Of a stretch of DNA of 64,000 nt, positions 37,914 through 47,530 are shown piece after piece. The DNA comes from an uncultured virus (IMG/VR IMGVR_UViG_3300025603_000008) (taxonomy: Duplodnaviria; Heunggongvirae; Uroviricota; Caudoviricetes). The translations under genes were made by a program, and so were the position numbers. The DNA lies in the IMG/VR virus record IMGVR_UViG_3300025603_000008; one strand, given 5' to 3'. The notes beneath the pieces are model-generated. The model made no database searches. It had not been told where the DNA came from and saw only the letters and a program-made list of their open reading frames with translations. The first letter of the stretch is position 1; each line of letters starts with the position of its first letter.

Positions 37914-38417
37914 ATGAAAGTAGTAATAAACGCATGTTACGGAGGATTCAGCCTCTCACCAGAAGCTGTCAAATGGATGGCTGAAAAACGAGGTGTTCCT
38001 TGCCATTTTTATGTCGAAAACTTAGAAGATGAAGATGGGAACTATCTTCCTTATGGGGACGCAAAGCGGAAGTATAAAAAAGTGACCACAAACAAAGTAA
38101 AAGACAGCTTTATATGGAATGCCACCACCATCAAGACAGCTAAAGAGTACAACAAGTTTATGAGTTTTGATTGGGGCGCTGCAAACACCGAAGAAAAAGC
38201 TGCTCGCAATGAACAGCACAAAAAAGTGCATCATGATTTCAGAATAATAAAAAGACACGACGAGTTGCTTGTGGAGATGGTTGAGACTCTTGGGTCCGAT
38301 AAAGCATCTGGGAGTTGTGCTAAACTAAAAGTGCTCGAAATTCCAATCACAGTATACATTGTTGATGATTATGATGGATTTGAAAGCGTATCAGAGCCAC
38401 ATCAAACATGGTCCTAG
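37914..38417 (+). CDS. Phage hypothetical protein
   Basis: MKVVINACYGGFSLS..RHD..LV..VE.LG..ASG....LKV.EIP..DYDG.E pattern. Confidence 0.7.
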   Translation: MKVVINACYGGFSLSPEAVKWMAEKRGVPCHFYVENLEDEDGNYLPYGDAKRKYKKVTTNKVKDSFIWNATTIKTAKEYNKFMSFDWGAANTEEKAARNEQHKKVHHDFRIIKRHDELLVEMVETLGSDKASGSCAKLKVLEIPITVYIVDDYDGFESVSEPHQTWS

Positions 38418-38478
38418 CAGAAAAATGAGTTATTTTAACCACTCTCTGAAGGACACCCATGGTAAAATATAAAAAACA

Positions 38479-39858
38479 ATGCAATTAGACGAAACAATTT
38501 TAAACGGTGTTGAAATATACGGCTTCGCAGGAAAGTTAGGTAGCGGTAAAAATTATTTGGCAGAAAAAGTGTTCAGCAAGATGCTTGAACCAAAACCAAC
38601 GGTATTCCTATGCTTCGCCGACCAAATAAAAATAGATGGGATTTACAAAAAAGGCCTTGACAGAAATAAGTGCTGGATTAAGAAAGACGAAAAAACAAGA
38701 AGGACACTCCAAACCGTAGGAACAGAAGAAGGGAGAGATGTGTTTGGGAAAGACGTCTGGATTAACAATGCCAAAGAGTGGATGATTATGCATGCTTTTA
38801 GAGGCATAAAAAGAATCATTATCACAGATATGCGTTTCAAGAATGAGTTTGATTTTATTGAAAATCTTGGAGGGACAAACATCAACGTTATTTCTCCAAA
38901 AAGAAACAAGCAAGCCCTTGACAGAGAATCTGGAGGAGATGCTGAAAAACGAGCAATACTAGCTGGTCACTCTTCTGAAACTGAACTGGACTCAGGAAGA
39001 ATATTTGCCTACACCATATTCAATGATTTTGGAGATGAGATAAAAGCGGTAATAGAGTGCCGTGACATTGTCAGAAATATCGTTTCAAAAAACAAAGAAA
39101 ACAGGGTTATATTTACTGACCTCGATAATACCATTTGTAAGTGTAATGAGTATTACACCATCCAAGCAAATAGCGTGAAGGCTCTTATCAAAAGTCAGTT
39201 GTCGGAACCAATTCCAGACAAAGTGTTGGGAGTGATGTTCTCTGATTTTGTAAACAAACACAATGGGGCTCATTTTACCACACACTTTAGCCTTAACAGC
39301 TTTGCAAAAAGCCTGCTTATGGTGCTTGGGGACTTCAGACAGTTTATGACCCCAATGTCAGATGACGAATACGAAAATCTGTGTCTGGAAGTTGTGGAAC
39401 TAGGCAATGGAGTCTACGACCATCAGTACGCAGAAATTCCAGGAAGAATCAAAGAACTTGAGGAACTCAGCAAACACGGCAAGGTTGTTATCTACACGAT
39501 GGGAGAACGCTTGGAGCAGGTTAAGAAGATTGCGTCTTTGGGGCTATCGGATTACGACTTCGAGATTTATGATTTCAAAGATGAAACAATCTACCGAAAC
39601 CTAAAGCACAGATATCCAGCTCACCACTATGTGATGGTTGGAGATTCTTATACAAGAGATATTGAGCCAGCGATGAATGTAGGCATGGAGGGGTTTCATA
39701 TCACAGGACACGCAGAAGGATATTGGTATCTAGGGTCTAAAGGGAAAGAGATGTCTCACAAAGTATCAAGTATTCAAGAGGTGGTGGATTTCCTTAAAAA
39801 AAGAGATTCACAGATTTTTTCACAGAAGCACCCGATTAGCCAGGAGGAACTGAGCTAG
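38479..39858 (+). CDS. Deoxynucleoside monophosphate kinase fused to a HAD-family hydrolase
   Basis: GKLGSGK, FADQIK, RRTLQTVGTEEGR, ITDMRFKNE, HSSE; then FTDLDNTI and MVGDSYTRDI.PA. Confidence 0.85.
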   Translation: MQLDETILNGVEIYGFAGKLGSGKNYLAEKVFSKMLEPKPTVFLCFADQIKIDGIYKKGLDRNKCWIKKDEKTRRTLQTVGTEEGRDVFGKDVWINNAKEWMIMHAFRGIKRIIITDMRFKNEFDFIENLGGTNINVISPKRNKQALDRESGGDAEKRAILAGHSSETELDSGRIFAYTIFNDFGDEIKAVIECRDIVRNIVSKNKENRVIFTDLDNTICKCNEYYTIQANSVKALIKSQLSEPIPDKVLGVMFSDFVNKHNGAHFTTHFSLNSFAKSLLMVLGDFRQFMTPMSDDEYENLCLEVVELGNGVYDHQYAEIPGRIKELEELSKHGKVVIYTMGERLEQVKKIASLGLSDYDFEIYDFKDETIYRNLKHRYPAHHYVMVGDSYTRDIEPAMNVGMEGFHITGHAEGYWYLGSKGKEMSHKVSSIQEVVDFLKKRDSQIFSQKHPISQEELS

Positions 39859-40234
39859 AAGGAGGGGGAGTGGCATCATTTATAGTAGAAGTACTAGCGT
39901 TGTTTCCTGACCTTCTTGTTCTATCCAGGATGACTTTTATATCTCCCCTGATGGTCCCAATATCGTCTTTAATAGCTTGTTGCCTTTCTTCAAACTTTTC
40001 AAGCTTCTCAGAAACAGTTTCTTCAACTTCTTCTTCTAGAAGCTCAGCAGTCTCTTTCATTTTATCATTGGTCGCAGCATCTCTGGAGCGCATGTCAAAG
40101 TAAAAAACGGTGAACATTGACATCAACAAGCTAAACAACCCGATAGAAACCCATAACAAAGTCTTCACGTTAGTTTTTACCACTGTGTCTTCGCTTAGAG
40201 CTGTATTCCCTATCACTCCTTCATTGTCTGCCAT
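39836..40234 (-). CDS. Single-TM coiled-coil protein
   Basis: 132 aa; one hydrophobic helix then a coiled coil. Confidence 0.6.
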   Translation of the reverse strand: MADNEGVIGNTALSEDTVVKTNVKTLLWVSIGLFSLLMSMFTVFYFDMRSRDAATNDKMKETAELLEEEVEETVSEKLEKFEERQQAIKDDIGTIRGDIKVILDRTRRSGNNASTSTINDATPPPSSSVPPG

Positions 40235-40295
40235 TATAGTTGTTCTAGTGTTTTGTATTCAAAAATATAGTTATAATCATTGTGGTTTTGAAGTG

Positions 40296-40736
40296 CTAAT
40301 AATTGTCAAGATAATCAAATTCTAAAAGGTAGTTTTGATTAGGATTTGGGCTATATAGATAAAACATTAGGCTCCAACCATTAAAAGAAGGTGTCTCAGG
40401 GCTTGCTAAATGATACTCCATCGTGATTATAGGGTTTAATATTTTTCTCCCATAAGCATCAACTCCATAAATTATTGGTCTACTAATGTATGTGGTTACT
40501 GAATTTCCATAACCATCAAAACTGTTGCTCCAGGCATATACGTAAGCCTCATATTGCCCCGAAGCACTTGGAATAAGGCTTCTGTAAATCATAAAGAAAG
40601 CAGAGCCACAATCAGTGCACTTCTCCCCGATTTGCTGCCACTGAGGTGTCAAAATAACTTGCTGCTGTGCATGAGAATCGAGTAAAATCCCAATTGTAAA
40701 TAAGAGTGCTAGCAATAAACGTTTAAATGACTTCAT
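40296..40736 (-). CDS. Signal-peptide-bearing hypothetical protein
   Basis: MKSFKRLLLALLFTIGILLDSHA; CTATTTAT on minus at 40751-40758. Confidence 0.65.
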   Translation of the reverse strand: MKSFKRLLLALLFTIGILLDSHAQQQVILTPQWQQIGEKCTDCGSAFFMIYRSLIPSASGQYEAYVYAWSNSFDGYGNSVTTYISRPIIYGVDAYGRKILNPIITMEYHLASPETPSFNGWSLMFYLYSPNPNQNYLLEFDYLDNY

Positions 40737-40845
40737 AGTGATGCTTTTCTATAAATAGCCGATAACATCGCTTCTTAATAGTCTCAACTTTAAACCCCTC
40801 TACTTTTTCTGCCATGGTGGTTTTTTTAAATACTTAGTAAAAAAC

Positions 40846-42237
40846 TTAGTACATTTCGTGAATGTGTTCGTATCCATGATTATCGACAAAGTCTTTAATC
40901 AAGATTCCAGCAATAGAATTTGCTTGGTCCTCAATATGGCCTCCAATGTTTTGCACATTATCGCCTGGGTCAAATATGCCTATCTCTCGTTGTCTATTGT
41001 GCGTAAGCTCGTGCCCTATGCTTCTAAGGATATCAACAAGGGCTCTACCTTCGCAACGAACGTAGTTCTCGTTCTCAAACGGTAAATACGATGCCGTAGT
41101 CTTAATGTACTCGTCTCTTCCTTTTCTAAGTCCAACCTTAACTGGTGCCTTAAGCCCTAGCTTGTCTCTGGTAAAAGAGATAAAGTCCTTAATTATGTTG
41201 ATTTTATCATCAGACATATCTTCGATACCATCTTGGACCATCAGAGTGTTTATGTCTTTTCCACCTTCTGCTCCTTCTCGTGTTGAAACTGGAATCTCAC
41301 CAAACTGCGTGCTGGTGCTGGTGGTTGCGGCATCCGCAATTCTTGGATTTAATTCCCCAGGTAAACCGTGTTCGTTTGTGCGTTTCTCATCTAAAGACAG
41401 TTCAGAGTCTGTCGCGTACAATTTGGCATCAGACAACTTTTGAAGATAGCCAGTGTTTCTAAGTATCTTAAACACAATGTTCTCTACAGAAAACTCCTGC
41501 GCCGATGAATTGAGTCCCGCCTGGCGCAGTGTTTTCAACTTCTCCTTCATAGCTCTGATTGTTTCAATCTGAACCTGAGAAGGAGACATGTCGACAATGT
41601 GGTCTATCTTGGTCATCATGTCTGCAGCTTTTTTTCGAACTTGTTCCGCATCCACCTTTAAAGAGTCCTGACGATTAGGCTTGAGATTCCATTCGTTTTT
41701 GACCAGTGAAAAAACACCAGTAGAATGATGCTCTTGGTCAGAGTCCTGGGCATAAAACTCTAGGTCGTGTCCTTTTATTTTAATGTCGTGCTTGATTTCC
41801 CAAAAAGCTTTCTTGGCAGCGAAAAACTCACCTACAAACTCTACATTATCATCGACATCAGCATAATCTAGAATTAAATGGACATCGATGTCTGATAGGT
41901 CGTGGTAATTGTAGTTTGCCATTGAGCCTGTGATTGTAATATCTTTAAGCTTTACTGGCTCAATGTCTAAGTAGTCGTAATATGCTTTTGCTGCTTTGAG
42001 AAGTTTTTTTCTTACTTCTGGTTTAAGCTTTCCGCTCTCCCACATGCTTGGGGACAAAGTTGCTTTAATGACATCAGAATCAAACTCTACTTGGTCAATC
42101 TCTACTTCTCCCAAAGTCTTGCGTAGGCGAGCTGGGGCCGAATACCTTACGGCACCCTTTGAGTTCTGGGCTCCTAATGAATGGCGGGTAGATTGCGTAA
42201 GGTTGCGCGGGGTTTCGTTCTGAGTATAATTTTTCAC
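40846..42237 (-). CDS. Pol-beta-like nucleotidyltransferase fused to an HExxH metallopeptidase-like domain
   Basis: ITITGSMANYNY..SDIDVHL; C-terminal ILRSIGHELTH..EDQAN; CTATTTAT on minus at 42254-42261. Confidence 0.7.
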   Translation of the reverse strand: MKNYTQNETPRNLTQSTRHSLGAQNSKGAVRYSAPARLRKTLGEVEIDQVEFDSDVIKATLSPSMWESGKLKPEVRKKLLKAAKAYYDYLDIEPVKLKDITITGSMANYNYHDLSDIDVHLILDYADVDDNVEFVGEFFAAKKAFWEIKHDIKIKGHDLEFYAQDSDQEHHSTGVFSLVKNEWNLKPNRQDSLKVDAEQVRKKAADMMTKIDHIVDMSPSQVQIETIRAMKEKLKTLRQAGLNSSAQEFSVENIVFKILRNTGYLQKLSDAKLYATDSELSLDEKRTNEHGLPGELNPRIADAATTSTSTQFGEIPVSTREGAEGGKDINTLMVQDGIEDMSDDKINIIKDFISFTRDKLGLKAPVKVGLRKGRDEYIKTTASYLPFENENYVRCEGRALVDILRSIGHELTHNRQREIGIFDPGDNVQNIGGHIEDQANSIAGILIKDFVDNHGYEHIHEMY

Positions 42238-42796
42238 AAAAAAGCTCTTTGTGATAAATAGTCTGCGCTTTTGCTCCTGTAGGGGTTGACCAATAAACTC
42301 TCATAAATTCACTGTCAATCTTCTTATATATCTTAAATTGACCATGAAAACAAGCTCTCTTTAGGAAATACATCCAGGTAGCTCCGTGGTCTCCACCTCT
42401 TCCTCTCCAAAAAACGTTCTTTTTCTGTCGCTGACTGTTGAGAAGCCTTCTTAATTTATTTGTTTCTATTATCCAATATTCCTGTGTGTCTTCGAAGAAT
42501 TGAACCCAAAAATGAGAAAGAGTTGTACTTATTCCAGACGGGCCCCACTTTCCTGAGTATTCGACAACCATATTGCCAGATTCGTAACGGTCTCTTTTCA
42601 CTTCAATCCACAGCGTGCTGCCGAACTTAGGCTCAACCATTTCTAAATCGTGTGTTTTAGAGTCTTCATAGTCAATAAAAGCCATCCCAAATTTCTGCTG
42701 TAGAAATTTGACTGTCATTGCTTCTCTTTCTTTTCCGAAAGGAAAGTCAACATCCCAGTTGTTCAAGCCACAGTCTACACCTCTAATTTGAGCCAT
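42095..42796 (-). CDS. PD-(D/E)XK-like nuclease
   Basis: HDLEM..WIEVKRD..SGNMVVEY..PSGI.TT. Confidence 0.6.
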   Translation of the reverse strand: MAQIRGVDCGLNNWDVDFPFGKEREAMTVKFLQQKFGMAFIDYEDSKTHDLEMVEPKFGSTLWIEVKRDRYESGNMVVEYSGKWGPSGISTTLSHFWVQFFEDTQEYWIIETNKLRRLLNSQRQKKNVFWRGRGGDHGATWMYFLKRACFHGQFKIYKKIDSEFMRVYWSTPTGAKAQTIYHKELFCEKLYSERNPAQPYAIYPPFIRSPELKGCRKVFGPSSPTQDFGRSRD

Positions 42797-42810
42797 AAGG
42801 GTTGTTTATT

Positions 42811-43362
42811 TTATAATTCGTCTCTCTTAAAGCTATAAACTAAAAAATGATTCCTGTGCTGCTCGCGAGGGATTAAATATGAAAGCGACCTTAATCCATC
42901 GCCCATCCATTTATGTTTTTTGGACCCTGGTTCACCAATCTCTCGACTATTAACCATGCTACGAATAAGTTTTCTCAGTTCTGGGGTCTTAATCATCCAG
43001 AGCTCATTCAGATTCCAAAAATAATAAATGTAGTAGTGAGACTTAGATTTTCTAATGCCCGTTTTTTCAATTAAAGTTTCGTCTTTATACCCTTTTCTCC
43101 TGTGCTCAATCGCAATGTTCCCAGTGTCTCTGCCAGGTTTGCAATACAAGTCAGTTTTAACTTCGTAAGTGACATTTTTATCATAAATGTCCTTGAAAAG
43201 CATATCATAGTCCGAAGGGGTTTCCCCTTCTCTAAACTCACTGCTCCGAACATATTTAAGATTAAACTGCTTTTCTAGAAATTTAATAATCGTCTTCTCT
43301 CCTTTGTCCCCACTACTCTTGTCCAACTGGTAGTTGTAGGCGCCTGTCATTTGAACGTCCAT
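42811..43362 (-). CDS. PD-(D/E)XK-like nuclease (paralog of neighbour)
   Basis: YDMLF..TYEVKTD..DTGNIAIE..TGI. Confidence 0.65.
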   Translation of the reverse strand: MDVQMTGAYNYQLDKSSGDKGEKTIIKFLEKQFNLKYVRSSEFREGETPSDYDMLFKDIYDKNVTYEVKTDLYCKPGRDTGNIAIEHRRKGYKDETLIEKTGIRKSKSHYYIYYFWNLNELWMIKTPELRKLIRSMVNSREIGEPGSKKHKWMGDGLRSLSYLIPREQHRNHFLVYSFKRDEL

Positions 43363-43464
43363 TAAATGTTAATTTAAGGAAATATGTATAATTATAATCT
43401 GTAAACCAAATTATAACCACAAAAAACTAGCATAAACCGATATTATCTCTTTAACTAGTTTCTT

Positions 43465-43779
43465 TTATGATACACTTTTCGCGTCAAAATGAACTTTAAC
43501 GGTTTTTCCTTCTTTTTGGATATACGCCATGTAGTCACGCTGCTCCCCTTTTGATGGAGAATTTAATTGCACATTTTTTCCTTGGAAATCGGCGTATTGG
43601 TCATCCGACTCAGACTGAAGATGTGGGATATTAGAAAAAGCCTCCTTAGCAATGTTTAACTCAGCTTCTGAAAGTTCTCCTACGCTACCATTAATAGTTT
43701 CCAAGTCTTTTACGACGTCTGGGGATAAATGCTCTTTTATAACCTGGTTGACTAGGTTTCGAATAGATTGATAACTCAT
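43465..43779 (-). CDS. Hypothetical protein (putative late/virion)
   Basis: 104 aa; SIRNLVNQVIKE; TATTTAT upstream. Confidence 0.65.
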   Translation of the reverse strand: MSYQSIRNLVNQVIKEHLSPDVVKDLETINGSVGELSEAELNIAKEAFSNIPHLQSESDDQYADFQGKNVQLNSPSKGEQRDYMAYIQKEGKTVKVHFDAKSVS

Positions 43780-43801
43780 TTTACAGAAACATTTTTAATA
43801 A

Positions 43802-43846
43802 ATAAGCACAAAAAAAGGAGCGAATCGCTCCTTTTTTTGTGCTTAT
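43802..43846. terminator. Perfect 22-bp inverted repeat, likely (bidirectional) terminator
   Basis: ATAAGCACAAAAAAAGGAGCGA-A-TCGCTCCTTTTTTTGTGCTTAT. Confidence 0.8.
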
Positions 43847-43852
43847 AAGTAT

Positions 43853-44263
43853 TTAGTCTTTTCCTAGTCTTTTATAATTTACAAGATGATTCCATTTGTC
43901 TTCCGACGTAGAATCTTTGTTGATAACCTTCTTTTGGTCATTGTAATTCGTCATTGTCTCACTAATACTGTCTTTCAAGTCGATATTGTATTCTCTTCCA
44001 ACTGGAGTGGTGAGCTTACGAACTTCACTTTTTCCAACAATGTCATCGACAATGTTCCCTTCATAAATCAAAGGATTATCCATTGCAAGTGATTTGTTGA
44101 TAGACTTCATCTCTTGAGCTAGTTTAAAAATAGCATCCGAGTCAATGTATTCCCCATCAGCCCCTTCGTTTATAACCTGTGTATTAGGCGCAGAATTCTG
44201 TTCTTTCGCTAATTGCTTCTTAGCTTCAGCTAGAACATATCTCTTAAATTCTTCTTTAGTCAT
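43853..44263 (-). CDS. Hypothetical protein (putative late/virion)
   Basis: 136 aa; KEEFKRYVLAEA; CTATTTAT on minus at 44290-44297. Confidence 0.7.
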   Translation of the reverse strand: MTKEEFKRYVLAEAKKQLAKEQNSAPNTQVINEGADGEYIDSDAIFKLAQEMKSINKSLAMDNPLIYEGNIVDDIVGKSEVRKLTTPVGREYNIDLKDSISETMTNYNDQKKVINKDSTSEDKWNHLVNYKRLGKD

Positions 44264-44378
44264 GGGCGTTTTGTTGTGCTTATGCTCTAATAAATAGAAA
44301 GAAAAAGTAAGTTTTTAACAAATGCTAGTCATTTGGAAATAGGTTGTATATTTACGACGATACAACTAACGAAGCAGG

Positions 44379-44645
44379 ATGACAGAACAAGATAAAATGG
44401 AAGCCCTTACCGATGTAAGAGAAGACATGGTTATATTTCCAGATATAGCTGCCGCACTAATAGGATACGCAGAACAGTTTGGACAAGAAACTCAAGCAGT
44501 ATACGACAAAGAGAAAGTAATAAAAATATTTAAGTCCCAGGGGATGACACGAGAAGACGCTTTAGACTACTTTTATTTTAACACTCTAGGCCTGGGGTTG
44601 TCGGAGGGGACTCCAGTGTTTGTGACGAATTTTGATGACTTTTAA
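44379..44645 (+). CDS. Phage hypothetical protein
   Basis: ALIG..AVYDKEKVI..MTREDALDYF.FN..G..TPVF pattern. Confidence 0.7.
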   Translation: MTEQDKMEALTDVREDMVIFPDIAAALIGYAEQFGQETQAVYDKEKVIKIFKSQGMTREDALDYFYFNTLGLGLSEGTPVFVTNFDDF

Positions 44646-44859
44646 CCAATGCACCTCTCTGCTCAACACTCGCCTGGATGTCTTTATAGATATCTGTGGC
44701 TGAGCGCAGCTTATCAGTAACGTTTAGCATCCACGATTCTAAATCAGGAACATTTTTCCCATCAATGTTGTGGTCGAAGCCAAATCCTTCATAAAAATGC
44801 TTTTCTATAAGTATCTCACGAACGATTTTTCTGATAGCAAAAGCATTGGTTGCGTACAT
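44578..44859 (-). CDS. Hypothetical protein (putative late)
   Basis: AIRKIVREILIE; CTATTTAT on minus at 44874-44881. Confidence 0.55.
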   Translation of the reverse strand: MYATNAFAIRKIVREILIEKHFYEGFGFDHNIDGKNVPDLESWMLNVTDKLRSATDIYKDIQASVEQRGALVKSHQNSSQTLESPPTTPGLEC

Positions 44860-44910
44860 GTTAAGTGTTTCTTATAAATAGAAAACAATTTGCTTGTTTC
44901 ACAACCAACA

Positions 44911-46401
44911 CTATAATAGGTTTAGGAAGTGTTTCACCTCAACCGCCTTCATTGCTTTCCCTAGCTCCTGGCCTTTAAAGCCTTGAGCCATCAGCTCATC
45001 TGCGTCAGCAATTGGGGCGAACTCAAAGAACGCCGAAACCATTTTGCTATCGTATCCAAGAATCTCCCCTGCTCTCACCAAATCTTCCTCAGACACATGT
45101 GCTGTAGCTTGATTAAGCTTGTAGAACTCCATAATTCTTCCTGGCTCAAAGTCTATAAATTTTACAAAAAACATAACGCGCTTTGCAAAGTCATCAGAAT
45201 ATTTCAACCTTGATTTAATCGCATCTCTCAATTTTCCTGGGTCTGAGTTTCTAAAGAGAGAAGCATACAGCAAAGTCGGGTCCCTTTCCTCAATAATTCC
45301 TCTTGGGTTTGTCTTAATCCCCTTAAAAACAAACTTGTCTAAACCAAATTTGAATACCATGCTCATAAAGTGCTTTACACTTTTAGCTTGCTCAATACCT
45401 TTTAACACCTCTGCCATAATAGCCTCAGGAGCCTCCTCATCCAAAGAAGGGTTGGCAAGCAAAGAGTCTTGAATGCTCTGGTCCAGTTTGCTTCCAATTC
45501 TAGCTGTGAATCTTAATGCTCGAAGCTTTCTTATCTGGTTCTCGGCAAATCTTTGAGTTGGGTCTCCCACTGTCCGAACCCTTCCAGCCTGGATATCAGC
45601 GATTCCGCCCACCAGGTCAACAATTTCCTTTGTGTCTAAATCGTAGAACAACGCATTCATTGTCAAGTCACGACGTTTAACGTCCTGGTCGATTGTAGAG
45701 AACTGAGTTTCTGGTTTACGGTGGTCCGTTCCGACATCAACACGGAAAGTGGCAATCTCGTATCTCCCATTTTCTGGAGTAACCAAGTGAACAACAGGAA
45801 AAATATTACCAGCCTCTAATATTGTATAGATGTGTTTTGGGATAAATTTAATCATCTCTTCTGGAGTGGCATCAGTCGCCAAATCGTAATCCTTTATCTG
45901 TTTAGCAGTTAAAACATCACGCACGGCACCGCCGACCACATATAGCTTCTTACCTGCTGCATCAAAGTATTTTTTAAGCTCCCAAATGTCCTCTGGGATT
46001 GACATGTCAAAAGGCATCCTTATTTCCTGCTTCCCAAGCATTTGTTCAGCTAGTATCTTACGTATTTGCTTCCTAATCATTTCGTTTTCTCTTAAATGTG
46101 ATTGGTTTGAAGGGTAAGGGTTGATTCCTATTTTTTTTAGACCCTCAGCAGCGATTAAAGTAATTAACGACCCGCCTGGGATAATAAACAAACCAAATAA
46201 CGCAACCATTTTCCCTATATCAACAGACTGCGCTTTTAGAAACTGCATTTCACTTTTCTCTAGTTTTTTTCCTACTCCCAGCTTCAACAGCAATTTAACA
46301 GCGTGTACTGTTTCTGGTCCTTCGTTTTTTAACACATCCAATGCAGCACGTCCTGCGTCGCGGAAATTCTTATAAGCTTTATTTATCTTGCTCTCTTTCA
46401 A
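44911..46401 (-). CDS. cca: CCA-adding tRNA nucleotidyltransferase (class II) with N-terminal extension
   Basis: LYVVGGAVRD..KDYDLATDATP, EIATFR.D, DVKRRDLTMNALFYD, VDLVGG..DI, GDP..RF.E..RKLRALRF. Confidence 0.85.
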   Translation of the reverse strand: MKESKINKAYKNFRDAGRAALDVLKNEGPETVHAVKLLLKLGVGKKLEKSEMQFLKAQSVDIGKMVALFGLFIIPGGSLITLIAAEGLKKIGINPYPSNQSHLRENEMIRKQIRKILAEQMLGKQEIRMPFDMSIPEDIWELKKYFDAAGKKLYVVGGAVRDVLTAKQIKDYDLATDATPEEMIKFIPKHIYTILEAGNIFPVVHLVTPENGRYEIATFRVDVGTDHRKPETQFSTIDQDVKRRDLTMNALFYDLDTKEIVDLVGGIADIQAGRVRTVGDPTQRFAENQIRKLRALRFTARIGSKLDQSIQDSLLANPSLDEEAPEAIMAEVLKGIEQAKSVKHFMSMVFKFGLDKFVFKGIKTNPRGIIEERDPTLLYASLFRNSDPGKLRDAIKSRLKYSDDFAKRVMFFVKFIDFEPGRIMEFYKLNQATAHVSEEDLVRAGEILGYDSKMVSAFFEFAPIADADELMAQGFKGQELGKAMKAVEVKHFLNLL

Positions 46402-46408
46402 TTACTAT

Positions 46409-46446
46409 AATGTACGTTAAGCCCCTGAATAGGTTACCATAAATAG
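46409..46446 (-). promoter_or_regulatory. Tandem class B and class A promoters upstream of cca
   Basis: CTATTTAT (46439-46446) followed by GTAAC-N16-CGTACATT (46409-46437). Confidence 0.7.
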
Positions 46447-46490
46447 AGATGATTGTGATTAAAAACAAAAGCAGTGTTTTTGCTTATAAT

Positions 46491-46519
46491 GAAACCTTTT
46501 CACTTTGTCCACGTATATT
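46491..46519 (+). promoter_or_regulatory. Class A promoter
   Basis: GAAAC-N16-CGTATATT. Confidence 0.75.
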
Positions 46520-46554
46520 GGACACTAATACAGTAATTTATTAAAACACAGCGT

Positions 46555-47439
46555 ATGAATAAGATTAGTTTGCCTATCGGAATTATATCTACAATGATTG
46601 ATGGGAAGAATTCCGACACAATCAAAGTGGGAGAGACTTTTGAATTAACAATTACCCCTTCACTTGCTCGTGAATGGTTAAAAACCAACGTAAGCAATCG
46701 AAACGTTGCAAAACAAAACCTGGATTTTCTGGTCCATCAAATTAAGGATGGCAAATGGAAGCTTAATGGAGACACCATTGTTTTTGATGAGTATGGCAAC
46801 TTGCTTGATGGCCAACATCGATTAGAAGCGGTTGTTATAACAGGGAAAGAACTGCAGTCTAATGTGACTTTCGGAATCCACCGAGACACATTTCACACAA
46901 TTGATACTGGCAAAGGCAGGAACAGTGCAGATGTCTTGAGTTCTCAAGGCTATAAGAACGCATCTGTCGTATCCGCTGCTGCTAAAATGGTTATGTCATT
47001 GGAGTCAGGATTAAAAGGAGTAGCAACGGGTAGCATGAAAAGCTCTCGCTACGACAATTTGGATGTTCTCAACTTTGTGAAATCTAGAACAGACTTCGTA
47101 GACGTGATTGGGGAAGCTCATAAAATCTGGCAATCAATGCCTCAGCGATTTGTTTCAGGTCGCATCTTTTGTGGCATGTATTACATGTTTTACAGAAAAC
47201 ACACATCCCAGACTCGCACTTTCATGCAAAGCGTAGCGATTGGAACAGGCATGGAAACAGACTCGCCAGCGTTTCACTTGAGAAACAGATTGATTCGTAT
47301 GCACGGTGATAAATTAAACACATTCACTGTTTTTCATAAGTGCGCAATTATCGGGAAAGCCTGGAATTTCGCTCGTGAAGGAAAGAGAATTGAGCGTTTA
47401 AATTTTAGACGCGATGAGAATTTCCCTAAGATTCTTTAA
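46555..47439 (+). CDS. ParB-like N-terminal domain protein
   Basis: ITP.LA.EWL..N..NR..WKLNGDTIVFD..G.LLDGQHRLEAV..IDTGKGR. Confidence 0.75.
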   Translation: MNKISLPIGIISTMIDGKNSDTIKVGETFELTITPSLAREWLKTNVSNRNVAKQNLDFLVHQIKDGKWKLNGDTIVFDEYGNLLDGQHRLEAVVITGKELQSNVTFGIHRDTFHTIDTGKGRNSADVLSSQGYKNASVVSAAAKMVMSLESGLKGVATGSMKSSRYDNLDVLNFVKSRTDFVDVIGEAHKIWQSMPQRFVSGRIFCGMYYMFYRKHTSQTRTFMQSVAIGTGMETDSPAFHLRNRLIRMHGDKLNTFTVFHKCAIIGKAWNFAREGKRIERLNFRRDENFPKIL

Positions 47440-47460
47440 TAAGATTGATTTATCGAAAAT

Positions 47461-47497
47461 AAGAGGGACTTTTCTTCGGAATGAGTCCCTTTTTTTG
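47461..47497 (+). terminator. Intrinsic terminator
   Basis: AAGAGGGACT..AGTCCCTTTTTT. Confidence 0.6.
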
Positions 47498-47530
47498 TAC
47501 TTTTATGTATTAGTTATAAAAAACAACACC

